From Psammoneis japonica (taxonomy: Eukaryota): a DNA stretch of 64,000 bases. The DNA is taken from assembly GCA_008632985.1 (NCBI GenBank), contig QPGO01000045.1:434001-498000 (forward strand). The letters are read 5' to 3'. A program made the translations under genes and the position numbers. Below, piece after piece: positions 1 to 14,400 of the stretch. The first letter of the stretch is position 1. Each line of letters opens with the position of its first letter. The notes below the pieces were generated by a model. The model saw only the letters and a list, made by a program, of their open reading frames with translations. It made no database searches and was not told the origin of the DNA.

Positions 1-2030
1 TCATTGGCAAGAAGCGAATTGCCAGCAGCGCAACAACAGCTTGGCTCTGTGCCCCCCTTTAAAAGCAGATCAGTGAACAGCAGATGCCGCTCAGCGCATT
101 GAAGATGACAAGGAGAGCATCATGGCAGACACCATGACAGCTGACAGCACACAGCATGGCCTCAGAGGCCGCAGCATTCTGCACCAAAGGCGACAGCCAG
201 GCAGCGACCGTCGGACCCGCGGTGGACTTGTTTGAAAAAGAAGCTCAGACCTCCAAGAAGAGAAAAACAAGCTTTGCAAAACTTGCTTGTGCTGTGTTTG
301 CACTTGTGCAAACACTGCATTGGGCTGCATGCTGTGGATTCAGGCACAGCAGATCAGTTTGAAGCAAGAGCTTGGTCTGGCTGGCCACCCACATCCTTGA
401 GAGGTGAGCATCCCTGGCAAAAATGTTGGTGTGGTGCTGGCCCAAGCAACTTTTGCCAGAGGCTGCTGACACAGGAAAACAAGATCAGTGCCATGTGTTT
501 TTGTTCTCAAACTGGCAGCACCCCCACATGGCTGCAAACTTGTTCATTTTTCAACCCAGCAGGGGCAGTGGTGCACATTCTTGAGCAACCATGACTTTGT
601 GGCAGCAAGTCGTGGTTTGACATTCTCTCTGAACCCACCAGCAATTTGCCCCGACAAGCTCTTGAAATGTTGCTGCCCTTGTTGTGTGCTTTCATGTGTC
701 AACAACAAAGTCAGAGAAGAGGCTTCAGTGGTGAGCACAGCCCCAGCAACTGCCGGGCAGCATCAACTCACACAACATGGAAAGGGGTGGGTTCCAGTCC
801 CAGGTGGGATGATGTTTTGTGACATTTGCCCCGCAGAATTCTGCGTGCATCCCCATTGCTGAGGCAGCCCACACTTGCTCCACAATGTCCCACCACAACA
901 TTGCATGCTAGCGCTGCGCAAGCTTGATCCTCATCTCTGTGAGAAAGCTGCTGGCTGTCAAACTTGTTGAGCTTTTGCTTGTTTTGCTCTGCACTTTTAA
1001 GACTGACAAAACACTGGATTCATGCTGATGCAAAAGTGGCTGGCTGCAGCTTTGCTTGTTGTGAGAAAAGACATGTTGGTTGTCGCCAATGACAAAAGAT
1101 CAGATCTGCAAAAGTGTGGGCCAAGGCTGTGGTTCAATGGAAAAAACAGAAACAACAAGCCCTCCACACAGCAACAAAACATGTGTCTGTGAGGCCAAAC
1201 AATGCCACAAAAAGAAAACTTGACTTTGGGCGGGGGTTGAAAAAGCTTTTTCTGTGACCTCTGCACCACCAAAGAGACCTGCCAGAGAAACAGGGAGTCC
1301 CAAGCAGCATGGCCATGAAACACCAAATGTCCACAATTGTGTGTCTTTTGCGCAGCTTGCAGCTTGTCTTCAATGGAGCGCACCAGCCCCACAGACACAT
1401 GAAAGCAGTTTTTCTTCTCTGGTCTCAGCTCCTGCGCCAGGTGCTTTGGTCATGCAACATGTGCATGAAGAAGAGCTTTAAAAGGACCTCAAGCTTGCCA
1501 CCAAAAGTCAATCTGTTGGTTCAGTGCCCCTCAGAAGAATGGCTCCAATGACACCCACAACAAAGCAGTGCATGTCAGCTGCTCACTGAGTGGAGGAAAG
1601 CACCAAGGAGAGACTGGCTCCTGTTTGTGCCAGCCATTGCCATGCAAGTGTGGAGCAAGCTGGGATTTTGTCTAAAAAACCAACTGTTGTCCCTTTTCTC
1701 CCCACAACTTCTTTTGTTTCAAAATGGCAGTGGAAGCCAAAAAGCCATCAGAGAAGCCAAGTGGCCACAGACACTCTGTGAAAATGCCTGCACTTTTCTC
1801 CTGTCTGCTGCCTCACTCTGGGGTTGGGAAGGAGCATTTCACAGCTTTGGTGAATCTGCATCTCCACTCCAGATGCTCTCATGATCTGCTTTGCTGGCAC
1901 CAAATTTCTCTTGGCCCAGGAGCAGCACAATTTTGGTGGTCTCCAGTGCATGATGTGGCGTGGCATGATCGGGCCATCACTGCTGTCTGCCTGTCTGGCA
2001 GCAGCTTGCGCATTTGCAAATGTCGGCCAG
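1..2030. other. TpA-depleted block 1
   Basis: Only a handful of TA dinucleotides in 2 kb, and the ORF translations lack Tyr. Boundary approximate. Confidence 0.85.
786..848 (+). mobile_element. Terminal fragment of the ~390-bp MITE family
   Basis: ggtgggttccagtcccaggtggga...gtgacatttgccccgcagaattctgcgtgc matches one end of the copy at 55527-55915. Confidence 0.7.
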
Positions 2031-2364
2031 AGCATTACTGTGGCAGCATGGTGTAACGTAACAGGCTTTGCAGACAGAATTCAAGGGCCAGCTTGAGACA
2101 GCTTCAACTTTTTTGTGAGCCTTTTGGACGATTCAACATCAACGACAGCTTTGATGTTATGGAAAATCAAAAATGAGCAGAGGTGCTGTCGACGTTGAAG
2201 GTGTTCTCCACATTCTCTTTGCAGATTTCTGTATCGGAAAGTCGTCTTACTTGCGCGAAACCTAGAATACAAGTCTAGTGACATAATCCTAATGTCAGAT
2301 TTACAATAATTATTCGTCTGCTGCTTCGAGTAGTGTTGTTACTGAGTCACCAGCTAGGAGTATT

Positions 2365-3600
2365 CTAGTAAGGCCCAAACCACGGATCCCCTCCATCATA
2401 GGCAGGGTCTCGTTTTCGAAAGCCGGTTTCAAAAATGACAGAAGTGCATTCTACTCCAGCATCACGAATCATGGATTCAGTCCAAGCCGCCATACCAGCC
2501 TTGTTCTTCATCAATCCGTGGTAATGAAATCTAAATATAGTTCCATCAATGGTCTCCAACAATTCGGCGCAGCTCCCCAACACATCAAGTACAGGCTGAA
2601 TCTCTTGCACCAATGCCTGGTCAATTTCTCCCTTTCTCAAGGTACCCACAAGGGTCCCGTAGTCTTCGTATGGCTGTCTTTGAGCCTTGTGGTATTCCAA
2701 TGACTTGCCCTCGGGCAGCCACTCACAATTCTTGGATCGTGCCAGTTCAACGGCACGTTGACGAGCGCGATGAGGAGTCATAGGGTCGAAATCTGTCATG
2801 TCTTCTGGTTTGGTGAATCGATTGTTGGTGTAGTTCTTTTCTGGATAGGACAAGGCCTCGGGGTATCCGTGCCAAGTAGCAACGTGACGAGGAACTTGCA
2901 ATTCCGGAAGAAACGGATCGACGTAGGTGCAATGATACCAAGCGATTTTCTTAGTTTCACAACGTCCTCGTTGAATCCAATTTCCAAGTCGTTTTCAGGA
3001 AAAACTGGCTCGAGATTAGTGTCGTCTCTTGTGTCATCTGCAATCATGTACGAGTCGATGGGTGTAACAATCGTACGGGTGTCAATCTGATTGGATGGTC
3101 CAAAGATCGGATCCCACCCCACCTCAATACCTTCTTTATCCTTTTCAGGCTCCTTTACATACTCCAACTCGTCACTAAGGTCGTTAGGATCAGGATCTCC
3201 AGCTTCTGGATCCCACTCGTAATCAAACTTGGATTTGAGATAAAAAATATCATACGTACCAAGGGTCGACGAATCAATCGCATCTGGGTCGTCCGTATCA
3301 AATTCTGCACCACCTTCTTCTTCCGGATCTCCATATTCATCAATCCATGTAGGATACTTGCGAACTCCGTCCTCAATTTCTTGCAGGATTTCCGCTTTGC
3401 GTTACAATTGTTCTTCTGTTTCAATGATTGCACCCGGCCTGCCGCCCGCAAGATCGATGTTTGCCATGTCCGGGCGTTTCGGTTCGACTGCATTCAGCCT
3501 TGTGCTTCTTATCCATCTTGCACTGGGTGGCATCCAAGCATGTGATGGACGCAGGCACTATGCAAGGAGCGCAGCCGCTGAAAGCACATGCCATACGTCA
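2365..3600 (-). CDS. Hypothetical protein, possibly plastid-targeted, with disablements
   Basis: Normal-composition, Tyr-containing frame joined from ORFs 2796-3167 and 2365-2901 plus upstream sequence. A hydrophobic leader ends ...SHAWMPP. In-frame stops at 3558-3560 and 3402-3404 and one frameshift near 2900-2925. Start approximate. Confidence 0.55.
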
Positions 3601-3726
3601 TGGTTGATGGGCTTTGCGATGGACGATCGCGAGACGAGAGACGACGAGCGGGCCAAATGATGGGTGGTGGTGTCACTGACAGACGCTGAGAACCTGTTTC
3701 GCGCGAATTTTCGCGAGAGATTTTCA

Positions 3727-3873
3727 CTCCCCATCGTTCGTGAAGCACTTGATGCAGCTGCTGCGCCTTGCCACGCTTGTCCACGGAGCACTGAGTGCCA
3801 TCTACGCCCTGGAGCACGCAGTGTCCCGTTTGTCCACAGGTGTAAAAAAAAATCAAAGCAAAACGATGGAGAG
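3727..3873 (+). mobile_element. ~150-bp MITE-like element (TA-eroded copy)
   Basis: Terminal inverted repeats ctccccatcgtt...aacgatggagag. Homologous to 30999-31148. Confidence 0.7.
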
Positions 3874-4002
3874 CATTGGCACAGCTCGAGGAACACGCAC
3901 CTGCAACGCCTGCCGCCATGGCGTTTTAGAGTTGCGGAGGCCCACACTGTGCGACCTGCAACTGTGACGAGATGACACACGACACGTTGCAGCATCTTTG
4001 TG

Positions 4003-6147
4003 TTGCTTTTCGTGCGATCCATGGGATTTAGTGCAGAGAGACTTTTTTTCGGAACGTGGATTTGCGTTTTTGGAGATGACGCAGTGGCGACCCATGCTCG
4101 GCATTGTTTGAGCCATTCTTCATTGTTTTCGTTCATCAAAGACACGGACATCACTTTTGGGAGGTGGGCTTGTTGGGTGAGGTCCTTGGTTTGGCGAGAA
4201 ACGGTGTTGTGGTTGTGCAGAAATCAAAAGATGGGTCTTTTTGCTTTTGTCCCAGCCATTTCTGAGCGGCAAAACCCATGCTCGGATGTTCATTCACTCA
4301 CTTCACTTCATCTGATGACTGCCTTTGCTGGCATCGACTGACCACAGTCACAAAAAGTTTTCCGTGTCTTGGGCATGCTGTGAGTGGGGGCTGTGTCGAG
4401 AAACATTGTTCTCTCACATCGACAAGAAACACCAAAAAGCATGGAATTGACACGATCCACACTTTGATGTTCATTCGTTCAATGCACCTCCTTTGTTGCG
4501 CACCATTGCTGTCATCTCTTTGTTGTGGGCACGAAAAGTGTCCCCTGTCTTGCCTGTGCTGTGTGTTTGATTTGTGGCTTGAAATGTCGGCCACACTCGT
4601 GTGGTCTCGCATCAGCATTTTTTGACTGACACCGACCGACACTTTGATGTTTGTTCATTCATTTTGTCTCTTTGCTCACACTTCTTGGATCAAATCATTA
4701 CTTTGTGGTTGCAAAAAGATTGGTCTGTCTTGGACATGCCTTCGGTGGGGTCTGTGAAGAGCAAGTGTCGCTCATGACACAACTGCGACATGCACCGACG
4801 CCTCTCCTTGCTTGCCGACAATGCATTTTCCCGTTTGTCCAATCTGTTGGACACCAACTGAGTCACACAATGGAGTGACAACAGAATGGCAACACCAAGC
4901 ACATTCTTCCATCATCTGAAGCTGTTGTTTCCTTGTTCTCCATGGCAGCATCATTCTGGATTCTCCTCGGCTGTGTCGTTCATCCGTGAGTCGAATGAAG
5001 ACTGGAACCCTCATTTTGTTCAACATCAGCTCGTTCGCTAGAAGAGTCATGAGCAGAGGAACCACTGGAGGAGTTGCTTGATGGGTTGCAAGTGCTTTTG
5101 GTTTTGATGTTGACAAAAGGACCCCAGTTCTCCTCATCAGCACTGGCAGAACTGGCAGGAATGGCGCCGGTGCTTTCCTCGGTGGACGTGTCAACAACAG
5201 CCTTTGCTTGGCATTTCTTGGTGGATCCATTGCGCGTCCTTGTATTTTGGTTGAACTCTTCCTCTTCTTTTCATGATTCCTCTGCTTCTTGCTGCTTTGG
5301 GACAGCACGCGCTTGCGGGGTGCTTTGTGACTGAAGCTTGCGCATCGCTTGTGTTGATGTTGGACAGTGTGCTCCACATTGCTCTTCACAGACCCCACCA
5401 AAGGCAAATGCAAGGCAGCACAATCTTTTTGTGGCTGCAAAGAAGAGATTTGATCAAAGAAGTGTGAGCAAAGAGATGAAATGAATGAACAAGCATCAAA
5501 GCATGGGTCGGTGTCAGTCAAAAAATGCCGATGCGAGACCACACGAGTGTGACCGACATTTCAAGCCACAAATCAAACACACAGCACAGGCAAGATGGGG
5601 GACACTTTTTGCACCTGTGATGAAGAGATGACAGCAATGGTGCACAACAAAGGAGGTGTGTTGAACGAACAAACATCAAAGCATGGATCATGTCAATTCC
5701 ATGCTTTTTGATGTTTCTTGTCGATGCGAGAGAACGATGTTTCTCGACACAGCCCCCACCCACAGCATGCCCAAGACACAGAAAACTTTTTGTGACTGTT
5801 TTGAGTTGACACTGGCAAAGGGAGTCATCAGAGGAAGTGAAATGAACGAATGAACATCCGAGCATGGGTTTTGCCGCTCAGAAATGGCCAAGACAAAAGC
5901 AAAAAGACCCATCTTTCGATTTCCACACAACCACAACAACGTTTCTTGCCAAACCAAGGACCTCACCTAACAAGTCGACCTCCTAAAAGCCAAAAGCAAT
6001 GTCCGTGTCTTCAATGAATGAAAACGATTGAGAACAGCTCAAACAAGGCCGAGCATGGGTCGGCGCAGCGTCATCTCCAAAAACACAACTTCACGTTCTG
6101 AAAAAAAGTCTCCCCGCGCTTTGTCCCACGGATCGCACGAAAAGCAA
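4003..6147. repeat. Long inverted repeat (arms ~4003-4765 and ~5380-6147), foldback or long-TIR element
   Basis: The arms are reverse complements. ORFs 4278-4625(+) and 5518-5865(-) translate near-identically. No TSD found. Confidence 0.85.
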
Positions 6148-9116
6148 TGTTGGCATTTCCGCTTGTTTGATTTACAATCGATGCTGACTGTGATTGGTGC
6201 TGTCAAAGTGTCGGCTCATTTTTGATCGAATTCTCGCTCAGCTGCTCGATTTGCCGCAGCTCCAATCAAAGCTTTTGAAGCTTCATTTGAATGATCCGAA
6301 ATCGATGCAGTGTCAGTGTTTTGTTCAGGTGTGGGGTGCAGTCTGTTTTGGGACTTTTGGGTCACTTCCAATGTCCACAACTGGATGTTCCAACAGCTTC
6401 AAAATCGTGATCGACAAATCCATGATTTCATCAAGCTCAGCAAACCTCAAGGTGATTTCGAGCACTCACAGGACAAGTGGAAGAATGCAGAGCATTGGGA
6501 GAGAAAATGTGCAAGGTTTGTGTCGAGAGTTTGACGCAACAAAAAGAGCTGCTTCAAGCTAGAATGCTCGCGTCTGTCAAACATGATGCACGTCCAGCAG
6601 CATCACATTGTCGAACTCTCCCTTTGTGGTCTGTCACGCCTCCACCCACCTGCTCACATCTCCTGACAACTCGTGAAATTCAAGAGGGTGCAGGAGAGAC
6701 AGTGAAGAATTTACCGGCATTGCCAGACAGCTGCACACCATCATCTGCGGCCCATGCCAACCGAGAAGGACGTTTTTTTTGTTTTTGTTGATGTTTGCTG
6801 TTTGTTGTGAGAAAGGATCTCGCCGTTGGATCGGGAGCAGGAAGAAGGGAGGGAGGAGAGGTGGGCCAGTCGGATCTGGAGCAAGCAAAGGTGTCAGGTT
6901 TGGCACATGTGGTCCTGTTGGCTCCGGAGTTTGCCACACTGTTGGATCGGGAGTGGGTGGGAAGAGGCGACTGAGGCAGATCTTGATCAGGCAAGACTTT
7001 CGGGTTTGGCGGAGGTGGCACTGCAGCCCTGAGAGTGGGTCTCGCCTTGGGATCGGGAGCGGGAAGAAGAGAGGGAGGTGAAGGTGGAGGAGGTGGGCCA
7101 GTCAGCAAGGCTCAGGGATGAATGCATGATGGGGATGTCTTGCAGATTGTGCGCTCCAAAGATGTGTGCACAAGGGAAGCCTGCAAGCGACTGCAATGAA
7201 AAATGAAGGCTCAGTCAGAAAAAGAGGAGGTGGTGTTGCTCGAGAGTGTCTTGCCAAGTGGCGCCAAACAACTGCAAGACTTGTGCAATCAGCGTTGTGG
7301 CTTGCACTTGATTTTCAAGTGTTCGAAACATGCTCAAAAGGCCTTGAGCATCTCATCAAAGCCCGCAAGCATGTCTGTCTGCAAAAGATGTGGCGTTTTT
7401 CCATCATCTGGGATGGATCTTCTCTGTCCCGCGAGACTTTGTTTTCGCTTGTGAGCACCTTTTCTCTCTTGCACCAACTTTCTCAGATGTTTTAGAAAAA
7501 GAGGAGACCAACAGGGCAGTGCCGACACCTGGCTTTCCAGTGGGATGGAAGTTTTTCGTGTTGAAACCATGTGTTGAAAAGAGACAGGGGCTTGCCATCC
7601 TTGGTCCAGGCCGCCCAATGCAGTGCAGCTCGGTGGACGCGGCCAAGTTAAATTGCTCAATTCTCTTTACAATCTGTCAAAATTGGCTTTGACTGTGCTG
7701 CTGCTGCCGGCACCAACATGAACGGTGTGGGCAGCAAGAAAGACGATCCGGTCAAATTCACAATGGCCAAAGCTTTGCGACTCAAGTCGAGCAGCAGCTT
7801 CAAAGCTTTCATCAAAAAGGTGTGGAACGCTGGTCGTGTGAGTTGTGTCTTCGACAGGACTGTCAACAGTGCCTCACATGTTTGAGCAACATGAACAGTT
7901 TGGACAGCAGTGATTCGAAGCTCGTTTTCTAAGAGGTGTGCACTCTGTTGACGAGAGTTGATTGATGATCCCATTGAGAACAACACAGCGAGGCACCTCA
8001 ATGGGGTTTCATGCCTGCGATGATGTCACGACTCACTGTGACTGTCCATCCTTTTTTAGTTTTGCTGTGAATTTGACGAGTGGGAAAAGGCTCCACCTGC
8101 ACTGGGTCTTCCTGTGGGGCAGTCGTTTGGGATTGAAGCCAGCGACTGGGAAAACAGACAAACACTGGACTCATCCTTTGTGGTCTGAATGGAAAGCATT
8201 GTTGTTCAGTGGAAGCCGCCAAGAATCATTTCGACAGGATGTTGAGTTCAATTTGACCCAATTTGTTTTGCAACTTTGTTGGAGCAGCAAAACAATCTCC
8301 AGCGGAATGGCAAGCAATGGCATGACCCAATGATCTGGGAAAAATAAAATGGGCGAACAACAGCAGCAGTGCGCTGCAGCGCTTTCATCAGGGTCCTGCA
8401 AAGAGTGTGGTCTTTGTGAGTGGCATGGCTGCAGGAAGCATGCTTCTTGTCGACATCCTTCTGGGAGCGAGGGAACGGCTCCTTCTCGCAAAAGGTGAGG
8501 TGATCATGAAATGTTGATGCCGTTGACAACGTCAACTTGCCAACTTGCGTTCGATGCCTTGGATTTGTTGCTGCTGGAAATTTTCAGAGCATGAGTGACT
8601 TCTGCTGATTCCTGGTTTTCCAGATGGTTGGACCTTTGTGTTGAACAAAGACGTGCCCCACGAGGCATTTTTTCACTGCATTGGACATGGAGTGCAGTGA
8701 CAAGTCCGACGAGGATTTTCCCCATGAATCGAATTCTGAGCATGCAAAAGAAAAAGAAGCTGCACTCCTTGGATGGTGCTGACTCAAAGCACTCCCAAAA
8801 AGAGAACCTCAAGAGGGATGTTTGAAAGCCTGCAACTGGTGCAGTCTGAGGAACTGCATGAATGCAAGTGTGATTCCTTTGAGCTCTGCATCAAAGCAAA
8901 GTGTGAAGCGTGTTGTGTGTCCGGCATGGGAGCCGTGCTGATGGCAGCAAGGAAGTGCACCTCCGGAAGAAGCTCCCTCGTTTGACACTTGCACTTTGCC
9001 GTGGCTTTTTGTTTGGGCTTTTCAGCTCAGGAGTCGACCATCCCTGGAACCGGGAGTGGCGCACATGTCAGGGCCAAGAATGCGTTTGGCGACACTCCAT
9101 TGGGACATGAGGAGTC

Positions 9117-9512
9117 GACGCGTTCCAGCTCCAGGTGGGGCCTCATGCCACTGCACTGTGACATCAACAGTTTTTGGATCACGTCGCATGTCGCGCACGC
9201 ACATTTCTGCGTGTTGCATTCTGCGAAATTGTTTTGCACTCCCTGTTTTGCGAAGCCAAAGGCTTTCTATTTTCAACATTCATGAGAATGAAAATGCACT
9301 GGGCACATTCTTTAATGTCTGAAGAATGTGCCCGGGCAAACTGTCAATGATGTGCTGCAAGCATGAAGGAGGAGATACGTTCGTAAAATTGCCTCTTTTT
9401 CTGTTGGCGATCATTTGCATTTTCATTGCAGCACAAATTTACTGCGGAGCTTGCACGCAGAATTCTGCGGGCCCAATGTCACACAGAGTCCCACCTGGGA
9501 CTGGAACCCGTC
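9117..9512 (-). mobile_element. ~390-bp MITE, divergent subfamily, TSD AGTC
   Basis: TIR gacgcgttccagctccaggtggg / cccacctgggactggaacccgtc, with agtc on both sides. Confidence 0.9.
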
Positions 9513-9868
9513 AGTCGTTCGAAGTTCAACCACCTCCTTCTCCGACAGCAGACCTTCAGCTTCCGCTTTGGCAGCCACAGACATGTCCTCCAATGATTTG
9601 CTGGCAGACTTGAAAATCAGAGCCGGTCCAGTTTTTGTCGTTTGAGCCAAGCCAAGAGCAAAATGCTGCCCACGTTGCTCAGCAACATTGGCGGCTCCCT
9701 CGCAGTTCTGCATTGCATTTCTTGACACCACCAATGGCAGGCCTTGGCTTTTTTGGTCTCTTTTCCGATCTGTCTGTCGCCACCACTGCTGCGTGTTTCC
9801 TTGACACATCCTTCTTTAGTGGCTTCTTCTTGGGGGTGGTGGTGGTGGCTCTCTCTGCAAGTTGTGCA

Positions 9869-10105
9869 ATCCTGTTGGGGCGTTTCGTCTCATCCGTTGG
9901 TGCAGCATCCCACTTGAGGGCCGTTCCGTCACATCCAGGAGCAGGGCTGGCCTCAAGCTTGAGGTGACTGTTGATTGCGTGCTTCTTGGAAATCCTGTTG
10001 GGGCATTTTGTCTCATCCGTTGGGGCAGCATCCCGCTTGAGGGCCGTTCCGTCATGTCCAGGAGCAGCCTCAAGCTTGAGGTGACTGTTGATTGCGTGCT
10101 TCTTG
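9869..10105. repeat. Tandem duplication, two units of ~120 bp
   Basis: atcctgttggggc...gattgcgtgcttctt occurs twice. Visible as repeated KKHAINSHLKLEA in ORF 9679-10185. Confidence 0.85.
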
Positions 10106-13100
10106 TTCAAGCACACATGCCTCGTGGGAGATTTGAACATTCTTGGTGTCGGCAGTGCAAGCAAGTTCATGCTGCGTTTCATCAAAGTCCGTCAACTCTC
10201 GACTGACACTGACAATCACACATGTTTGAGAACTCGATTTGCCCAACAAATGACTCACAAACATGTGAGTCAGCTTTGAATCACGGCATCAAAGAATGTC
10301 TCGCGAACAACTTTGGGCCGGATGATCGCTCCCCATGGAGGAAAGGCATCTCATGAGAGACATGAGTGAGACAAGTTGATGCTTGCCGCTTCTTTCTGCC
10401 AAAGTTCATCATCTGCGTCGGTCCTTTTCATCTTTCATTTCCAGCAAGATCAACAAAACGCACGTTGACTCATCTGCTCTTTCGGCTTTGAATGCGAGCC
10501 ACCTCCTCGCCCACACCATCTGCCACCCAAGGCCACAGCCTGATGGACTGCCACCGAAGTGAGTTCCAACTGACAGATGCAACAGAATGACTTGACCCTG
10601 TGTTGAGGTGTTTGATGCGGTGTGATGCTTCTGCTGAGAACATTTCCAAAGCGTCAAGAAGTCTCCAATGTCTTGGACCGGGTGCCGCACCAACTCCTCA
10701 ACAAAGGTGTCTCCTTGAGGTCTTTCACGCAGATGAAGAGAGTTTTCATGTTGAAACTCAAACTCTTTTGCTCCTCCCTTGATCTGGAAGTTGTCCGCAT
10801 TAGAAGAGGAGTCGGTGTCACAAAGAAGCTTGGCTTTGTTTGCATTGAAAGGAGGACAAGTGCAAACAGTCGTGGCAACCCCATCAGAGCTACGAGGCTT
10901 CAGAACCTCCACCGCATTGTCGCCGAAATCAAGTTGATTCGTGTTCCATCAATGCAATCGTAAAGAAAAGATGCAATCAAGATGATAAAAAGTCAGATGC
11001 TCTGAGAAAGACGCGCTTGACTGGGCGGACAGCCTTGCATCAGATGAACAAGGCACAGAAGGTGGGCCGCTGTGGATCATCTGGAACATGCTTTCACAGG
11101 CACTTTTTGACAACAGTCGACAAACCCGAACGTTCTATGAACAAATCGCAAATGATGCCAAAGGATTAAAATGGCTGAACTTCAAGAGGATCATTGCACC
11201 CGCGACGAAAGAGTGAAAGATGGCAGAAGAGCAAGTCGGAAAAGTCTCCTTGAGCTCGCATTTGCGGTTGCTGCACTTTGGAAAGCCACATCATTTCAGC
11301 CAGTCTCAAAGTTTGCTTTTCTTGCACGCAGCCGCACTCAGGCCACGGTTCTCCAGCAGAATGGCGATGGCGGCACCACCAACTCCTGTCACATGGCGAT
11401 GGTCAATTGTCATTTGGAAGGGCACTCAAGTCTTCTGCTCGCATTCATCATCACCACCATGCAATGACAGAAATGTCAAGGCGTCACTCTGCATCACACG
11501 GGGTGATCGTTTGTGGCAATTTCAACCGCGAGCTGCAGTCGTCAGCCTGTGACACTGCCCAAGGAACAAAGATTCTTGCACGTGTCCACTGCTTGGTTCT
11601 TGCACTGCCAGGTGTCATTCTTGCATGCAAAATCAGGCTCACAGATTGAGGCATTCCCAACTCATCCACAGAAAGAAAACAGCATGACTTCAGCCTGCCC
11701 AAGAGCTTCAGGTCAAGAAAATGAGCGGCAGCTGTGGCTGTTGCATGATGGCAAATGACAGGTGATGAGGAGGAGAACGACAGAAAAGAGCAAGATTGTG
11801 CTAAGATGAACATGAGAAGCATGCATTTTGAAGAGAGAGGGGACACCAGGACGGCGAGCACTGCGAATGGGCTGAAATCTTCTGCAATGCTCCAATGTTT
11901 GTGATTGTTCTGACAGAACCACTCTTTGGATCACAGGAATTTGAATCATGTTCTCTGACCAGTGTCATGATTGCATGCAAACAAATGAAAAAATCGAATC
12001 AAGGATTTGGCCAAGTTGAATTGACGAGGATTGCAGCAGCGAGAGACTCCTCGTTGCTTGCACGCACAAAGGCACCGCTGCAGTGCGTGCGACACCATCA
12101 CAATGTGAGAGCTGTTTCTGCTCAAATGTGTTGCCAGAACAAGGTGCGTTCTCTTCCACAGGTCTGTCAGCATTTGCTGGATTCTCTGCAAGAATTGAAG
12201 TGTGATTGCCAAACTGAACACCTTTGAGCAGAATCTTGGGTGTGAAGGAACCAATTCTTTGGGGGCCATTGGAGTGAGCGGTGGACTGGATTCTGCGATC
12301 TTGGTTGACCAACCTGTGCTGGTGGCGGCAGATGTTGTTGAAGCGGCTGAGCAGCCCTCCCGAAGTCAAGGCAACACATGCGGGATTTACGATTCCGACT
12401 GCAACAAGCTGCACTGAGATTTAAAAGGATGTTTGGAACATTTCAGAAGCAGGTGCAGCTCATGGTGGCAGGTGACCCGTCTTTCTGAAGAAAAGTTTCA
12501 ATCGTTTTTGTTCGCCAAGACTTTTCTGCAGTGAGCACATGCATTGTGGTGCGAGTTGGAATCCACCCAATGCCTGTTTGCAGAGCACCCTGCTGGACAA
12601 AGAATTCATCGACAAACCAGCCAAGTCAGAGGTGCGTCTGGGCACACTGTCAGCAGACCGTCATGTTGCACGCATCTAACCCTTTGGTGTCACTTTTGCA
12701 GAACGCCCTGTTGGACAAAGAGTTCTTGGAAAAACTGGCCAAGCAAGAGGGAAAAAAAAACTTGCCAAGTGAGAGGCACGTCTGTGTGCAACATCAGCAG
12801 ACATCTCTGACTCTGTCATTGCAGAGCACCCCACTGGATGCAGAGTTGCAAACAAAGAGAAAGAGTTCTGCAGCAGCAGGATTTGAGCCAGAAGTCAAAC
12901 ATTTGAATGGGAAGACATCCGCTCTCTCAAACGTTGCAACTCAACGGAGGAAGCTGTCACCACCTGGTGAAGACTCCTTGGATGTCACTCGGCAACTTCA
13001 ACATGAGGCAACCGACATCTTCATCAGACACTTGGAAAGATGGCAAGCGGCTTGTTTGGCACAATCTTGGACAATGGTGCTGTCATTGTCTGAGCTTGGG

Positions 13101-13515
13101 AGGTCGTTCTTGGCTCAACACCATTTCGTTTGGTGCTCCATTTCAGATTTTCGATTTGCACACCGAGACAAATCAAAATGCACACGTCGACTGCGAGTCA
13201 ATCAAGAAGCAGCCGGAGATGGAATGCAATGATTTGAAAGACAGCAGGTTCTGCCGCTCCTTGCCACAGGCCCTGCAGCTCAATTTGCAAGTTGATGCAA
13301 ACTGCACATTGCTCCTGGTTCAGACAAACTGCCACACCATGAAGTGTCCCCAAAAGAATTTACGCCACATCTTGATTTTTGAACAGATCTGGCAGTTCGT
13401 GGAGCACAGAGTGAAGCACGCCACAGCTTGAAGCATCTGTGTTCTGGCCAGTGCGTCCAAGTGCATGGGCCCACACATCGGGATGCACATTGTGCTGTTG
13501 ACGCAGCTCCTTGGC

Positions 13516-13907
13516 GACGCGTTCCAGCCCTAGGTGGGACTCGGTGTGACATTGGGCCCGTAGAATTCTACGTGCGAGCTCCGTAGTACGAGAATTTAAT
13601 TAATGGATATATTTATCTTCAACATCAAATAAACGGCCAAGTTTGTGGTGCAATTATGCCTCTCACCACTCGACATTTTTGCAAATTCGCCTGCCCTACG
13701 CGATTCTTAGGACATTATAGAATCGCGCTGTAACAAAAAATGTCAAAAGTTGTTGGACGGATCGCTCAATAAAAGTGTACCGTAAAATGACACAAAATGT
13801 CGAAAAAATCACGTAGAAATCTACGTGCGCGACATACGACGAGATACAAAAAACTGTCGATGTCACAGTTCAGCAGTGCGAGGTCCCACCTAGACCTGGA
13901 ACGCGTC
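13516..13907 (+). mobile_element. 392-bp MITE, young TA-rich copy, TSD TGGC
   Basis: TIR gacgcgttccagccctaggtgggac / gtcccacctagacctggaacgcgtc, with tggc at 13512-15 and 13908-11. Confidence 0.95.
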
Positions 13908-14400
13908 TGGCATGCCATTCTAGAAGCAGAAGAATCATTGCTTCGCTGCCTTCCTCCGCAGCACAGTCAAAGACCGTTGCACCATCCCCATCAGTCCAAC
14001 TGAAGTTGGCACCATGCTGCAAGAGAAGTCGTGCCCCCTCCACATTGTCATCCACAACGGCACACATCAAAGGAGTGAGGCCCGACTCCATTGCCGTGTC
14101 AACCGCCTCAGGATTGAACTTCAGAAGCTCATGCAAAATGTTCGCCCGGCCTTCTTTTGGAGCTGCCATGTGGAGAATCGTCACTGGAGGACCATCCGCT
14201 AATCTCATTTTGACCCCAATCTCAGCTCTGTGTTCCAGCAACAGTCAAGTCACTTTTTCGTTCCCACCAAACATGGAATGAAGCAATGGCGTTCCCCCAT
14301 CAGCTTCAAAGGCATCCACACATTGGGCGGTGCACAGCGACAAAGATGCAGCCAATCCTCAGCGGCGCACATTCCACTGCATTGAATTCAAAAGCTGCTT
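13908..14400 (-). pseudogene. Ankyrin-repeat protein pseudogene, interrupted by a MITE
   Basis: Ankyrin motifs TILHMAA, GLTPLMCAV...ARLLLQHGAN, GATVFDCAA, with Cys/His where Tyr is typical. Confidence 0.75.

Noticed and set aside
9679..9800. PAIGGVKK, resembling the histone H3 tail
   Set aside because: No convincing histone fold follows.
10409..10912. Kinesin-like LHLRERPQGDTFVEEL segment
   Set aside because: No P-loop, SSRSH or DLAGSE motif found, so it is too weak to call.
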